From Bacteroidales bacterium (GTDB lineage: Bacteria > Bacteroidota > Bacteroidia > Bacteroidales > UBA7332), in NCBI GenBank assembly GCA_051657185.1, contig JBOFKE010000113.1:1-43694 (forward strand): a stretch of 43,694 nucleotides of DNA, read 5' to 3'. Below the pieces are notes generated by a model. It was not told the origin of the DNA, did not search any database, and worked only from the letters and a program-made list of their open reading frames with translations. Below, in pieces: positions 18,508 to 28,705 of the stretch. The translations under genes and the position numbers were made by a program. How positions within the stretch are numbered: the first letter of the stretch is position 1; each line of letters begins with the position of its first letter.

Positions 18508-18840
18508 TTATTTCAACAAATTGTCAATGTTTTCAATATAATCCAATGAGTCGTCCAAAAAGAACATAAACTCTGGAATGATACGTAATTGGTGGCGAAC
18601 ACGCTGACCAATTTCGAAGCGGATATCCTTCGCATTAGCACGAATCGCTTCAAGTAATTCTGGCCCTTTTTCTGAAGGGAAAATACTTAAATAAACTTTT
18701 GCGATTCCTAAATCCGGGGATACACGAACAATACTCACGGAGATCAAAGTCCCACGCATCTGTTTTGTTTGAGAAAGGAAAACCTCACTCAACTCTTTTT
18801 GCAACAATCGTGCAATTTTATTTTGTCTAGTCGTTTCCAT
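18508..18840 (-). CDS. rbfA: Ribosome-binding factor A
   Basis: 110 aa. Typical RbfA N-terminus RQNKIARLLQKELSEVF. Confidence 0.9.
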   Translation of the reverse strand: METTRQNKIARLLQKELSEVFLSQTKQMRGTLISVSIVRVSPDLGIAKVYLSIFPSEKGPELLEAIRANAKDIRFEIGQRVRHQLRIIPEFMFFLDDSLDYIENIDNLLK

Positions 18841-18862
18841 ATATTTAAATTTATGAGCTTCG

Positions 18863-19498
18863 TTATTTTTTGTAAATCAAAGTCATTCCATCACGTAATG
18901 GTAAAATAACCTTTTCGACACGCGAATCAGCAGATATTTTATCATTAAAAGCCAAAACTCCATAAGTTTGCGCATCCTTTGGCAATGGATCCTCGATTAC
19001 TTTGCCATCCCACAATGTGTTGTCGGCAAAGATAAAACCTCCTTTTTTTACTTTCGGAAAAACTAAGTCATAAAATTCGCTATATAAACGCTTATCAGCA
19101 TCAATAAAAACCAGATCAAATTGCTCGTCCTCAAATTGAGGGATGACCTCAAGGGCATCACCGATATGTTGTCTTACTTTATGACCATGCTCCGATAATT
19201 CGAGATATTTTGCTACAAATTCCTCTAGTTCATCGTCATTGTCAACTGTATGAACTTTGCCGGAATCTTTCATTCCCTCTGCAAAACAAAGAGCTGAATA
19301 ACCTGCAAAAGTACCCAACTCAAGTACTTGAGTTGGATTAATCATACGTGTTAACATTTTAATAATACGACCTTGTAAATGGCCTGATATCATACGTGGA
19401 CGAAGAAGGTTAACATGCGCGTCCCTATTTAAGCGTCCTAGCAGTTCACCTTCTTCGTCACTATGAGATAGAATATATTCGTCTAGTAATTCTGACAT
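18863..19498 (-). CDS. Class I SAM-dependent O-methyltransferase (family 3, YrrM/TrmR-like)
   Basis: 211 aa. SAM-binding VLELGTFAGYS and IDADK motifs. Start overlaps the pyk stop (TAATG). Confidence 0.85.
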   Translation of the reverse strand: MSELLDEYILSHSDEEGELLGRLNRDAHVNLLRPRMISGHLQGRIIKMLTRMINPTQVLELGTFAGYSALCFAEGMKDSGKVHTVDNDDELEEFVAKYLELSEHGHKVRQHIGDALEVIPQFEDEQFDLVFIDADKRLYSEFYDLVFPKVKKGGFIFADNTLWDGKVIEDPLPKDAQTYGVLAFNDKISADSRVEKVILPLRDGMTLIYKK

Positions 19499-20961
19499 TA
19501 CTTGTTTTCAGATTTAAAGTGCGGTAACATATAATCGCTACTGTGCTCTAAAATTCTACTAACTGTGTTTACTTCTAAGAAAGTAGAACCACCACCTTCA
19601 CCAAAAGAGCCACCGATATATGCTACGCGATCTTCAGTTGCGATCATTTTGTTTTCCAACATCATGTTCAAACCACTGAAGAAATAGTCACGAGCTGTAC
19701 CTTGTGCTTCCAAATACATTGGACGCACACCATAAGATAAAGCTAATTCGCGAACTAAATGCTCCTGATAACAAATAGCAATAACTGGTTTTGGTGCACG
19801 ATAAGCAGCAATATTTCTGGCTGTTTTACCTGTGTAGCTATCAGTAACGATTGCTTTCGTAAATAATTTATTTGTTGATTCTACAGCTTGCTTAGCCATA
19901 AACAATGAAATATCACCATCAACAATAGGTACAGGAATATCGTTTTCAGGCATTTTTGTTTTCTCTGCCTCTAAAGCAATACGAGCCATAGTTTGAACTG
20001 CTTCAACAGGATATTTACCGTATGCAGTTTCACCACTTAACATTAATGCATCCGTACGGTAATAAATTGCATTTGCAATATCTGTAACTTCCGCACGAGT
20101 TGGACGAGGGTTATTAATCATAGAGTGAAGCATTTGTGTAGCCACAATAACTGGCTTCTTAGCTTGCACACATTTTTTAATCAATAAACGTTGAATTCCC
20201 GGAATTTTTTCTTGTGGTACTTCGATACCCAAATCACCACGGGCAACCATCACACCATAAGCTACTTCCAGAATTTCATCAATATTATCAACACCTTCCT
20301 GATTCTCAATCTTAGCGATAATCTTGATAGGACTATTATGTGCATCAAGAATTTCCTGAATGTCCAAAATATCCTGACGATTTCTTACAAAAGAGTGAGC
20401 GATAAAATCAACTTTCATATCAATCGCATATTGAATATTGATTTTATCTTTAGCAGTTAAAGATGGCAAATTAATACGTACTCCTGGTACATTTACACTT
20501 TTACGGCTTCCTAATTCTCCATTATTTTGAGCAATACAAACTAAATGATCGTCATGCTTCTCCGTAACTTTGAAATCTAATTCACCATCATCGATAAGAA
20601 TATCCAAACCTACAGATAAGTCTTTTACAAAGTCTGGATAATTAAGAGCGATGCATTCTCTTGAAGTCAAAACATCGGGCTTACCAATAACTTTTACAAC
20701 ATCACCTGTCTGAAAGTTAATCTTACCATCATTTTCAATCGCAGTAGTACGAATCTCAGGACCTTTCGTATCCATCAAGATTCCGATATTTTTCGATACG
20801 GCGCGCGTATTGTCAATAATTTTGCGGAATCCTTCCTCAGACAAGTGTGCTGAGTTCATTCTTACTACATTCATCCCACTCTCGTAGAGTTCTCTGATAA
20901 ACTCTTCCGTACTTCTCCAATCGGAGATAGTTGCAACAATTTTCGTTTGTTTTGTAGTCAT
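19498..20961 (-). CDS. pyk: Pyruvate kinase
   Basis: 487 aa. Motifs KIVATI, TKGPEIRT, MVARGDLGIE. Confidence 0.93.
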   Translation of the reverse strand: MTTKQTKIVATISDWRSTEEFIRELYESGMNVVRMNSAHLSEEGFRKIIDNTRAVSKNIGILMDTKGPEIRTTAIENDGKINFQTGDVVKVIGKPDVLTSRECIALNYPDFVKDLSVGLDILIDDGELDFKVTEKHDDHLVCIAQNNGELGSRKSVNVPGVRINLPSLTAKDKINIQYAIDMKVDFIAHSFVRNRQDILDIQEILDAHNSPIKIIAKIENQEGVDNIDEILEVAYGVMVARGDLGIEVPQEKIPGIQRLLIKKCVQAKKPVIVATQMLHSMINNPRPTRAEVTDIANAIYYRTDALMLSGETAYGKYPVEAVQTMARIALEAEKTKMPENDIPVPIVDGDISLFMAKQAVESTNKLFTKAIVTDSYTGKTARNIAAYRAPKPVIAICYQEHLVRELALSYGVRPMYLEAQGTARDYFFSGLNMMLENKMIATEDRVAYIGGSFGEGGGSTFLEVNTVSRILEHSSDYMLPHFKSENK

Positions 20962-21015
20962 ACAATCTATATCAAGAATTTCGCATACCTGGAAGGGGCA
21001 TGCTACCTAACTATA

Positions 21016-21435
21016 TTATTTCAATTTAAATGATTCCATTGCTAAACGATATGAATCAAGTCCAAAACCAAGAATAACACCTTTACAGGCAGCAGATAAA
21101 TAAGATTGCTGTCTAAAAGATTCACGTGCATGTACATTGGAAATATGAACTTCAATAACCGGAGTATTAATAGCTCTGATGGCATCGGCAATGGCAATAG
21201 ATGTGTGGGTATATGCACCGGCATTTAATATAATACCATCAAAGCCAAAACCGACTTCGTGCAATTTATCTATGATTACGCCCTCACTGTTAGACTGAAA
21301 ATAGAAAACTTCATCATTCGGATAAAGCATTTTCAATTTATCGATAAATCCATCAAAAGATTGGTCACCATAAATTGAAGGTTCGCGCTTTCCCAATAAA
21401 TTTAAATTGGGTCCATTGATAATCTGTATCTTCAT
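21016..21435 (-). CDS. aroQ: Type II 3-dehydroquinate dehydratase
   Basis: 139 aa. Motif INGPNLNLLGKREPSIYG. Confidence 0.93.
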   Translation of the reverse strand: MKIQIINGPNLNLLGKREPSIYGDQSFDGFIDKLKMLYPNDEVFYFQSNSEGVIIDKLHEVGFGFDGIILNAGAYTHTSIAIADAIRAINTPVIEVHISNVHARESFRQQSYLSAACKGVILGFGLDSYRLAMESFKLK

Positions 21436-21579
21436 AATAAATTCAATTTGTTTGCGCTATGCAAAAATGACTTATATCCCGAATTTGCGTGCAAAAATAC
21501 GAAATTCTTTTGATACATTCTCCTTTGTTTTTACTAATTTAGCCCGCATTACTACTTTTTTTGAAGATTTAATCAAACA

Positions 21580-22488
21580 ATGAGCATTGATCAAAGTAAA
21601 TTAATCTCTGGATATATCGCTTATATCCAATTCGAAAAGGGTCTATCGTCAAACACTTTGGATGCATATATGAGAGACTTAAACAAGCTCTTATTTTTTT
21701 CCATCGATATCGGTAAACCCATCATTTATCTAACACTTGATGACCTTCATCAGTTCATTGCGAGACTACATGATGATGGTCTAACCGCCCGATCAAAAAA
21801 AAGAGTGATTTCAGGAATTAAGTCATTCTACAAATATCTGCTTCTTGAAGATTATCTCGAATGTGACCCATCAGAGTTACTGGAATCTCCAAAGTTGGGT
21901 TTACAATTGCCCGATGTACTGTCTATTGATGAAATTGACAATCTGATAGATGCAATAGACTTGTCCAAACCCGAAGGCATTCGAAACCTTGCTATATTTG
22001 AAGTCCTTTATAGCTGTGGATTGCGCGTATCAGAGCTTCTTGATTTGAAAATCTCAGATATTTACTTCAATGAAGAATTCATACGCGTGAATGGCAAGGG
22101 TGATAAACAAAGACTGGTTCCTATTTCTGAGATTGCAATAGAAAGAATCAATGAATACCTTACAGATAGAAGCAAATTGCCTATTAAGCCAGACTGTTCT
22201 GATATACTTTTCTTAAGTGTTCGTGGCAGACAATTAACCCGAATGCGTATATTCAAAATTATTAAAGACTGTGCCGTTATAGCCGGAATAAAAAAAACGA
22301 TAAGTCCTCATACATTCAGACACTCATTTGCCACACATCTACTTGAAAGAGGTGCTAATCTAAGAGTTATACAACAACTATTAGGGCATGAAAGAATTTC
22401 AACAACAGAAATCTATACCCATCTGGACAAAAGTTTCTTAAGAAAAGAAATACTGGAACATCATCCACGAAATAAAAAGCAGATGTGA
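21580..22488 (+). CDS. xerD: Site-specific tyrosine recombinase XerD
   Basis: 302 aa. Catalytic region HTFRHSFATHLLERGANLRVIQQLLGH...TTEIYTH. Conserved aroQ-xerD divergent synteny. Confidence 0.88.
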   Translation: MSIDQSKLISGYIAYIQFEKGLSSNTLDAYMRDLNKLLFFSIDIGKPIIYLTLDDLHQFIARLHDDGLTARSKKRVISGIKSFYKYLLLEDYLECDPSELLESPKLGLQLPDVLSIDEIDNLIDAIDLSKPEGIRNLAIFEVLYSCGLRVSELLDLKISDIYFNEEFIRVNGKGDKQRLVPISEIAIERINEYLTDRSKLPIKPDCSDILFLSVRGRQLTRMRIFKIIKDCAVIAGIKKTISPHTFRHSFATHLLERGANLRVIQQLLGHERISTTEIYTHLDKSFLRKEILEHHPRNKKQM

Positions 22489-22496
22489 CAACTATC

Positions 22497-22543
22497 AAAA
22501 AAGAGATCTGAGGGATCAATTATATTCCTTAGATCTCTTTTTT
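22497..22543. terminator. Bidirectional terminator between xerD and queG
   Basis: 17-bp stem (one G-T pair), 22497-22513 with 22527-22543, flanked by A and T runs. Confidence 0.75.
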
Positions 22544-22588
22544 GAATACGTATTTTATACTTCGAATAACAAACTTCACTCTACTAAT

Positions 22589-23521
22589 CTATTTTAAAGA
22601 AGAAATAAAATTTCTATTTCTAATTAAACCCGCATATTTCGTCCGTTTCACAGGACTCCCCTTGAAAAGAATTCGAAACTGATCTTCTGACATCTCATTT
22701 AAACGAGTAGAATCCAAATACAAGAATTCATCACTAGGAAAGAATTCCCTTATAATAGTTGGTGTAGCAAATCGGTTCCAAGGACAAACCTTTTGGCAAG
22801 TATCACAACCATAAATTCTATTTTCAAATTTATCACGCAATTCTTCTGGCAGCTCTCCTCTATATTCAATCGTCAAATAAGAGACACAGCGTCTGGCATC
22901 CAACAGATACGAATCTATTAAAGCACCTGTTGGACAGGCTTCCAAACATTTTCGACAATTCCCACATCCTAAAGTAAGAGGTTGATCATACTCTAAGTCA
23001 ATATCCAGAATCATTACTCCAAGAAAAAAGAAGGTTCCGAGCTTTGGTAAAATAAGCATATTACTTTTACCAATAAAGCCTAGACCAGCCTTCACCGCCC
23101 AATAACGCTCCAAAACGGGCGCTGAATCGGTAAAACACCGTCCTGAAACAGAAACTCCTGTACTCTCAATAATTTTATAGAGCGAGTTCAACTTCAATTT
23201 TATTACATCGTGATAATCTTTCCCGTAAGCATAATAAGAGAATTGAGGAAATTTCTCATTTTGAGTTTTTTGCGGATAGTAGTTCAAAGCAAACACTATT
23301 ATTGATCTTGCACCTTCTACCAATAAGGTTGGATCCAATCTTTTATCCTTATTATTGGACATATAAGACATCTCACCGTTATAACCCTTACCTATCCATT
23401 TTTCAAAATACCTGGCCTGATCTTCATCAACAGGCAAAGCTTTCGCAACTCCCACTGCTGAAAACCCCAATTCAAGGCTTTTCTCTTTTATTAATCTTGT
23501 AAGATCTGATTTATTCATCAA
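22589..23521 (-). CDS. queG: Epoxyqueuosine reductase
   Basis: 310 aa. Two 4Fe-4S motifs: CGNCRKCLEACP and CDTCQKVCPWN. Confidence 0.9.
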   Translation of the reverse strand: MMNKSDLTRLIKEKSLELGFSAVGVAKALPVDEDQARYFEKWIGKGYNGEMSYMSNNKDKRLDPTLLVEGARSIIVFALNYYPQKTQNEKFPQFSYYAYGKDYHDVIKLKLNSLYKIIESTGVSVSGRCFTDSAPVLERYWAVKAGLGFIGKSNMLILPKLGTFFFLGVMILDIDLEYDQPLTLGCGNCRKCLEACPTGALIDSYLLDARRCVSYLTIEYRGELPEELRDKFENRIYGCDTCQKVCPWNRFATPTIIREFFPSDEFLYLDSTRLNEMSEDQFRILFKGSPVKRTKYAGLIRNRNFISSLK

Positions 23522-24089
23522 GAATACAACTTTTTATATAATGCTCTATTATTATCGGATAATATTTATGTTCTAACTGCATAATTCGCTTTTGAAGCAT
23601 TTCTGCCGTATCAGATTCTTTAACTGGCAATGAAAACTGACCAAGAATAATCCCTTTGTCGTATTCTTCGTTAATACAATGAATCGTAATCCCGGACTCT
23701 AGCTCTTTTGCAGCAATAACAGCTTCATGAACATGAAGACCATACATACCTTTGCCTCCAAACTTAGGAAGCAAGGACGGATGAATATTTAGTATCCTAT
23801 TCGTATAAGCCTGGATCAAAGATAGGGGAATTTTCAGCAGGAAACCGGCTAAAACAAGAAAATCAATATTTTTCTCCTGTAGGATTAATAAAATTTTTGA
23901 TTCCAAATCATTCTTTGAAATAGCAATTAACGATATACCCAAACGAGCTGCTCGTTCTACAATACCAGCTCCGGCATTATTAGTCAGAATAACAGACACT
24001 TTAGCTATATTTGAGTCTTCAAAGTGAGAGACTATTTGCTCTGCATTGCTTCCATTTCCTGAAGCTAAAATTGCGATTCGTTTTATCAT
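23511..24089 (-). CDS. purN: Phosphoribosylglycinamide formyltransferase
   Basis: Motifs ILASGNGSNAEQI and NIHPSLLPKFGG. I prefer the internal ATG at 24089 (MIKRIAIL...) over the track start at 24119. Confidence 0.9.
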   Translation of the reverse strand: MIKRIAILASGNGSNAEQIVSHFEDSNIAKVSVILTNNAGAGIVERAARLGISLIAISKNDLESKILLILQEKNIDFLVLAGFLLKIPLSLIQAYTNRILNIHPSLLPKFGGKGMYGLHVHEAVIAAKELESGITIHCINEEYDKGIILGQFSLPVKESDTAEMLQKRIMQLEHKYYPIIIEHYIKSCILDE

Positions 24090-24241
24090 TTTTAGCAAGT
24101 ATTTATTGCACAAACACATATCCCGTGTGCAAAAAAAGTGAATTAATCTCTCTTTTTTTTGGGAGTATAAAAAAAATATCTATTTCTTTGCATCACAAAA
24201 ATAGAAAACAATAGATTATTAACTAACTAAATTTTAAAGTT

Positions 24242-24484
24242 ATGTCTCAAGTAGCAGAAAAGGTAAAAGCAATTATCGTTGAAAAATTAGGTGTTGAAGA
24301 ATCAGAAGTAACAATGGATGCAAGCTTCACAAACGATCTTGGAGCTGATTCACTAGATACAGTTGAATTAATCATGGATTTCGAAAAAGAATTCGGAATT
24401 ACAATTGCTGATGACCAAGCTGAAAAAATTGGAACAGTAGGTGAAGCTGTTTCTCATATTGAAGCTGCTTTAGCACAAAAGTAA
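24242..24484 (+). CDS. acpP: Acyl carrier protein
   Basis: 80 aa. Phosphopantetheine site [14 protein letters not shown]. Confidence 0.95.
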   Translation: MSQVAEKVKAIIVEKLGVEESEVTMDASFTNDLGADSLDTVELIMDFEKEFGITIADDQAEKIGTVGEAVSHIEAALAQK

Positions 24485-24504
24485 TCTACTTTTAACAACA
24501 CTTT

Positions 24505-25767
24505 ATGGAATTAAAAAGAGTTGTGGTAACAGGTCTTGGTGCTATCTCTCCATTAGGAAGCACACTTCCCGAAACATGGGAAGCTGTTCTTAATGGAAAG
24601 AGTGGTGCCGGGCCTATTACTCTTTTCGATGCAAGTAAATTTAAAACACAGTTTGCCTGTGAGGTAAAAGGTTTTGATCCTTTGAAATATTTTGAACGTA
24701 AAGAGGTTCGTAAATATGACAGATACGCACAATTGGGGATTGTCGCTGCTAAAGAAGCAATCGAAGATGCGGGATTTGACATGGAGAAACTTGATACGGA
24801 CGAAGTAGGTGTCGTATTCTCTGCAGGAATTGGGGGTATTGCAACTTTTGAACAAGAGGTAGGGAGCTATTATTGCAACCAAGAACTTGGACCAAAATTC
24901 AATCCTTTCTTTATTCCTAAAATGATTGCAGACATCTGTGCTGGCCATATTTCAATGATGTATGGTTTCAGAGGTCCAAACTACTCTACAGTTTCTGCAT
25001 GTGCTTCTTCAACTAATTCAATTATAGACGCATTCAACTTAATTCGTTTAGGTAAGGCTAATGTAATTGTAAGTGGAGGATCAGAGGCTTCAATTACCCC
25101 TGGTGGTGTTGGCGGCTTCAACTCAATGCAAGCATTATCTACACGAAATGATGATCCGACTAAAGCGTCTCGCCCTTTTAGTGCCAGCCGCGACGGATTT
25201 GTAATGGGTGAAGGTGGAGCTTGTTTGATTCTGGAAGAAATGGAACATGCAATTGCACGTGGAGCCAAAATTTACTGTGAAGTTGTAGGTGGTGGAATGT
25301 CTGCGGATGCTTATCACCTAACTGCGACTCATCCTGATGGATTAGGTGCTAAATTGGTAATGCAACGTGCACTTAAAGATGCCGGGATGAAGCCAGAAGA
25401 TATTGATTATATCAATGTTCACGGAACTTCAACTCCTGTTGGTGATATTTCGGAATCAAAGGCTATTAAAACCGTATTTGGCGAACACGCATACGATCTT
25501 AATATCAGTTCAACAAAATCAATGACAGGACACCTATTAGGTGCAGCCGGAGCAATCGAAGCTGCATTCTCGGTATTGTCTGTTCAAAATGATATTGTTC
25601 CTCCGACTATTAACTTTACAGAAGGTGATGAAGATTCCGAAATAGACTATAAATTGAATTACACATTCAATAAAGCTCAGAAACGTACTGTCAGAGCTGC
25701 TTTGTCTAATACTTTCGGATTCGGTGGTCATAATGCAAGTATCATCGTTAAGAAATTCAATAAATAA
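24505..25767 (+). CDS. fabF: 3-oxoacyl-ACP synthase II
   Basis: 420 aa. Active-site ACASS, HGTSTP, GHLLGAAG. Confidence 0.95.
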   Translation: MELKRVVVTGLGAISPLGSTLPETWEAVLNGKSGAGPITLFDASKFKTQFACEVKGFDPLKYFERKEVRKYDRYAQLGIVAAKEAIEDAGFDMEKLDTDEVGVVFSAGIGGIATFEQEVGSYYCNQELGPKFNPFFIPKMIADICAGHISMMYGFRGPNYSTVSACASSTNSIIDAFNLIRLGKANVIVSGGSEASITPGGVGGFNSMQALSTRNDDPTKASRPFSASRDGFVMGEGGACLILEEMEHAIARGAKIYCEVVGGGMSADAYHLTATHPDGLGAKLVMQRALKDAGMKPEDIDYINVHGTSTPVGDISESKAIKTVFGEHAYDLNISSTKSMTGHLLGAAGAIEAAFSVLSVQNDIVPPTINFTEGDEDSEIDYKLNYTFNKAQKRTVRAALSNTFGFGGHNASIIVKKFNK

Positions 25768-25768
25768 C

Positions 25769-26602
25769 GTGATTACAAAATTATATAATCGAATAAGGCT
25801 CTTTGCAAAACGAGGCAAAGAGCCTTATTTATTGTACTACAAGCTCCTGGGATTTTATCCGAATGACTTAAAATTGTATGAACAAGCGTTTATGCATAAA
25901 TCTTCAGCGATAAAAGATGAACAAGGAGCATGGATAAACAATGAGCGACTCGAGTTTTTGGGAGATGCGATCCTTGATGCTATTGTAGCTGATATTTTAT
26001 ACAATCGTTTTCAATTTAAGAAAGAGGGATTTTTAACCAATACTCGCTCTAAAATTGTACAACGTGAAACATTAAATGGAATAGCATTAGAGCTTGGGTT
26101 AGACAAATTCATGATTGTTTCCGAACGCACCAGATCTCAAAGCAGCTGTATTTACGGAAATGCTTTAGAAGCGTTAATTGGTGCAATATATATCGATCAG
26201 GGATATGAAACGACGAAATCTTTTGTAGAGAACAAAATGATTAATCGTTTTATGAATCTGACAACAGTTGCCAAAAAAGAAGTAAATTTTAAATCGAAAC
26301 TGATAGAATGGGGTCAGAAAAACAGAGTTAGTATCCGTTTCGAATTAATTGAGTCGTTTATGAGCGATGACAATAAACCTGTCTTCCAGACGCAAGTCTA
26401 TTTGGCATCTTTACCCGCTGGTATAGGTATCGGAAACTCAAAAAAAGAATCTCATCAGAATGCAGCGCAAATGACTCTCGAAAAACTTAAAACAGAACTA
26501 AGTTTTAAGAAAAAAGTCATTAACATTCAAGAACTGGAGAATGTAAAAATTAACACTGATAATTCAGATACTGAATCAGATAATCCTGTTTCGAATCTGT
26601 AG
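25769..26602 (+). CDS. rnc: Ribonuclease III
   Basis: Signature ERLEFLGDA plus a C-terminal dsRBD. The track start 25724 overlaps fabF. An in-frame GTG at 25769, directly after the fabF stop, is more plausible; the start remains uncertain. Confidence 0.88.
   Translation: MITKLYNRIRLFAKRGKEPYLLYYKLLGFYPNDLKLYEQAFMHKSSAIKDEQGAWINNERLEFLGDAILDAIVADILYNRFQFKKEGFLTNTRSKIVQRETLNGIALELGLDKFMIVSERTRSQSSCIYGNALEALIGAIYIDQGYETTKSFVENKMINRFMNLTTVAKKEVNFKSKLIEWGQKNRVSIRFELIESFMSDDNKPVFQTQVYLASLPAGIGIGNSKKESHQNAAQMTLEKLKTELSFKKKVINIQELENVKINTDNSDTESDNPVSNL
25792..25829 (+). other. 15-bp perfect hairpin within the first codons of rnc, just after the fabF stop
   Basis: aataaggctctttgc (25792-25806), loop aaaacgag, gcaaagagccttatt (25815-25829), followed by a T-rich tail. 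Confidence 0.7.
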
Positions 26603-26663
26603 TTGAAACAGAATACTACATTTTGAACAGGATAAACAATTCGATTATCTCCAATATGAAACT

Positions 26664-26705
26664 AAAAAAGCAGATTAATTCCAACTGGAAAGAATCTGCT
26701 TTTTT
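26664..26705. terminator. Bidirectional terminator after rnc
   Basis: 13-bp stem aaaaaagcagatt / aatctgctttttt between convergent genes. Confidence 0.75.
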
Positions 26706-26740
26706 AGTTTTCAGAATAATCTAATCCAATGATTATTGAA

Positions 26741-26941
26741 TTAATCATCTTTTTTCTGCGCGTTTGTCTTACTATTATCGCATGAAGAAAGATTTAAGAG
26801 AGATGGTACAATAAAGAGGGCACTCAGAATCAAAAGGAAATATAGCTGACTACAAAAAGCATATATAGTTAATATAACACCTATAAGCAAACGTATCCAA
26901 CGAGATACACTCCAATTTGAAAACAAGTTAATCCTTACCAT
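26741..26941 (-). CDS. Small two-TM membrane protein, DUF2892/YgaP-TM-like
   Basis: 66 aa. Pattern SRWIRLLIGVIL...SC resembles DUF2892. Lies 3 nt downstream of the MarR gene. Confidence 0.55.
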   Translation of the reverse strand: MVRINLFSNWSVSRWIRLLIGVILTIYAFCSQLYFLLILSALFIVPSLLNLSSCDNSKTNAQKKDD

Positions 26942-26944
26942 AAA

Positions 26945-27343
26945 TCACTTTACTTCTTTTTCTAAAACTTCTTCTAACTTACGGATTAGCGGCGGTAATG
27001 CAATATCATTGTTTCTTAAAACACGACCTGCATTTTCACCTTTTTCCGTCAATGAGAAATACATTAAACGCTTGTCTTTTTCTCCCATAATGCGGTTTAC
27101 AAAACCTTTTTCTTCCAAAGATCTAAGAATCTTAGATGTATGAGATGCTCTCATATGTGTTAACTTAGAAACATCACCGGAAGAGTACTGACCGGTAGCT
27201 AAAAGACAAATAGTAATAGCTTCATTTATGTTTACATGAAACTGCTGTTGAAGCTCTTCTTCAAATTTATCAACACTCTGACAAATTTCTTTAATTAGGG
27301 AAATCGAATCCATATAGTTTAGGTTTAGAATATTCAAATTCAT
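26945..27343 (-). CDS. MarR-family winged-helix transcriptional regulator
   Basis: wHTH region SGDVSKLTHMRASHTSKILRSLEEKGFVNR...DKRLMYFSLTEKG. The track start at 27385 is a TTG. ATGs at 27343 and 27313 are the likelier starts. Confidence 0.8.
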   Translation of the reverse strand: MNLNILNLNYMDSISLIKEICQSVDKFEEELQQQFHVNINEAITICLLATGQYSSGDVSKLTHMRASHTSKILRSLEEKGFVNRIMGEKDKRLMYFSLTEKGENAGRVLRNNDIALPPLIRKLEEVLEKEVK

Positions 27344-27748
27344 TCGTTTAAACAACCAAATAAGGACAAATGTTTTAAACGACAATATCTTTAACGTACA
27401 CTTTTCTTATGTTGATTGAAAAATAATACATATAATCAAATAAAGTTTTAGAGTAACTAATTGTTTATTGATAGGAAATATTTTTTTTTAAATTCTTATA
27501 GCAAGAATCTCAAAAACAAATCAATAACTCGATTCGTTATATATATAAAGCGAGCGTTTTATTAATTGAGATATCAAAGATGAAATATCTCGTTTAAACC
27601 TCTAAATGATTGTCGTTTGTTTTGTTGATTTTTGAATAATAGATTTGATCTTTTTCATGACAATCAATTTATTGGTTAGATAGTTAATTAGTGTTTTGGT
27701 TTTTAGTGGTGATGTGTGAGCGGATGCTTGCACATCGCTGTTTATATA

Positions 27749-28705
27749 CTATCCGATCACTTTAAGCAGGTATAACAGATAGACGACATAAACACTAAAA
27801 AGTAGAAAACCTTCCCATCTTTTCAAAATATATCCGGTTTTCATTAAAGGGACAAGCAAGATTGACAATAGAAGCATTGTCAATGTGTCTATATAATCTA
27901 TCCCATTCGTACTAATTGGTTTAATCATAGACGTAACGCCTAAAACAAGGAATATATTATATATATTTGAACCTATAACATTACCTATCGCAATATCCTT
28001 GTTGCCTTTAAATGTTGCAACAACAGATGTTGCCAACTCTGGCATCCCAGTACCTGCTGCAACAATTGTCAGACCGATCACTGCTTCACTGACATCAAAA
28101 AAACGAGCTATAAGTGTCGCTTTATCAACCAACAAATTAGATCCAAAAATCAATAATACTAATCCAACAACAACATACAGCAAATCAACATACCATTTTC
28201 TGACCACAACAATTTCTTGCTTAGTTTCCTGTAGCATTGTATTTTGCTGTTTCTTTGCTTTACGTGTATTCTGAATTAATAAAACAGTATAAACAATGGC
28301 ACCAATACAAAAGACTAGTGCCTCCCAACGGTTTATTTTTCCATCATAAAAAAGAATACATACAGCTACAGCCGCCAAAAGGAAAAACGGAATATCCTGT
28401 TTTATCAAAGATCTTTTTATCGTAAGCGGAGTAATAATTGCACATATACCCAATATTGCACCGATATTAAAGATATTAGAACCAATCACATTTCCGGCTG
28501 CCAACTCGGGCTGCCCCATTAAAGCCGATTTAATACTGACCAACAGCTCTGGCGAACTTGTTCCTAGTGATACGATTGTTAAACCAACTATCAAAGGAGG
28601 TATACCAAAACGAACAGCCATCGAGGAGCTTCCCTTCACTAAAAAATCTGCACCAAAATAGAGCAAAACTAAAGAGAAAATCAGTAATAAAACATTTAAG
28701 ATCAT
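27749..28705 (-). CDS. CaCA-family calcium/sodium antiporter (YrbG-like)
   Basis: 318 aa. Two alpha-repeats: GNVIGSNIFNI and GNVIGSNIYNI. Confidence 0.88.
   Translation of the reverse strand: MILNVLLLIFSLVLLYFGADFLVKGSSSMAVRFGIPPLIVGLTIVSLGTSSPELLVSIKSALMGQPELAAGNVIGSNIFNIGAILGICAIITPLTIKRSLIKQDIPFFLLAAVAVCILFYDGKINRWEALVFCIGAIVYTVLLIQNTRKAKKQQNTMLQETKQEIVVVRKWYVDLLYVVVGLVLLIFGSNLLVDKATLIARFFDVSEAVIGLTIVAAGTGMPELATSVVATFKGNKDIAIGNVIGSNIYNIFLVLGVTSMIKPISTNGIDYIDTLTMLLLSILLVPLMKTGYILKRWEGFLLFSVYVVYLLYLLKVIG

Noticed and set aside
22546-22553. Isolated ATACGTAT (within AATACGTATT) between xerD and queG
   Set aside because: It is a single unphased copy next to a terminator, consistent with the one or two chance occurrences expected in AT-rich DNA.
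24492-25818. Several 60-131-aa minus-strand ORFs opposite fabF
   Set aside because: They are antisense shadows of a codon-biased gene. fabF motifs are unambiguous on the plus strand.
27700-27745. Locally GC-rich imperfect hairpin gtgatgtgtgagc...gcttgcacatcgc
   Set aside because: It sits immediately after the antiporter stop on the minus strand and is most simply its terminator, although it lacks a U-tract. It is not distinctive enough for a separate claim.
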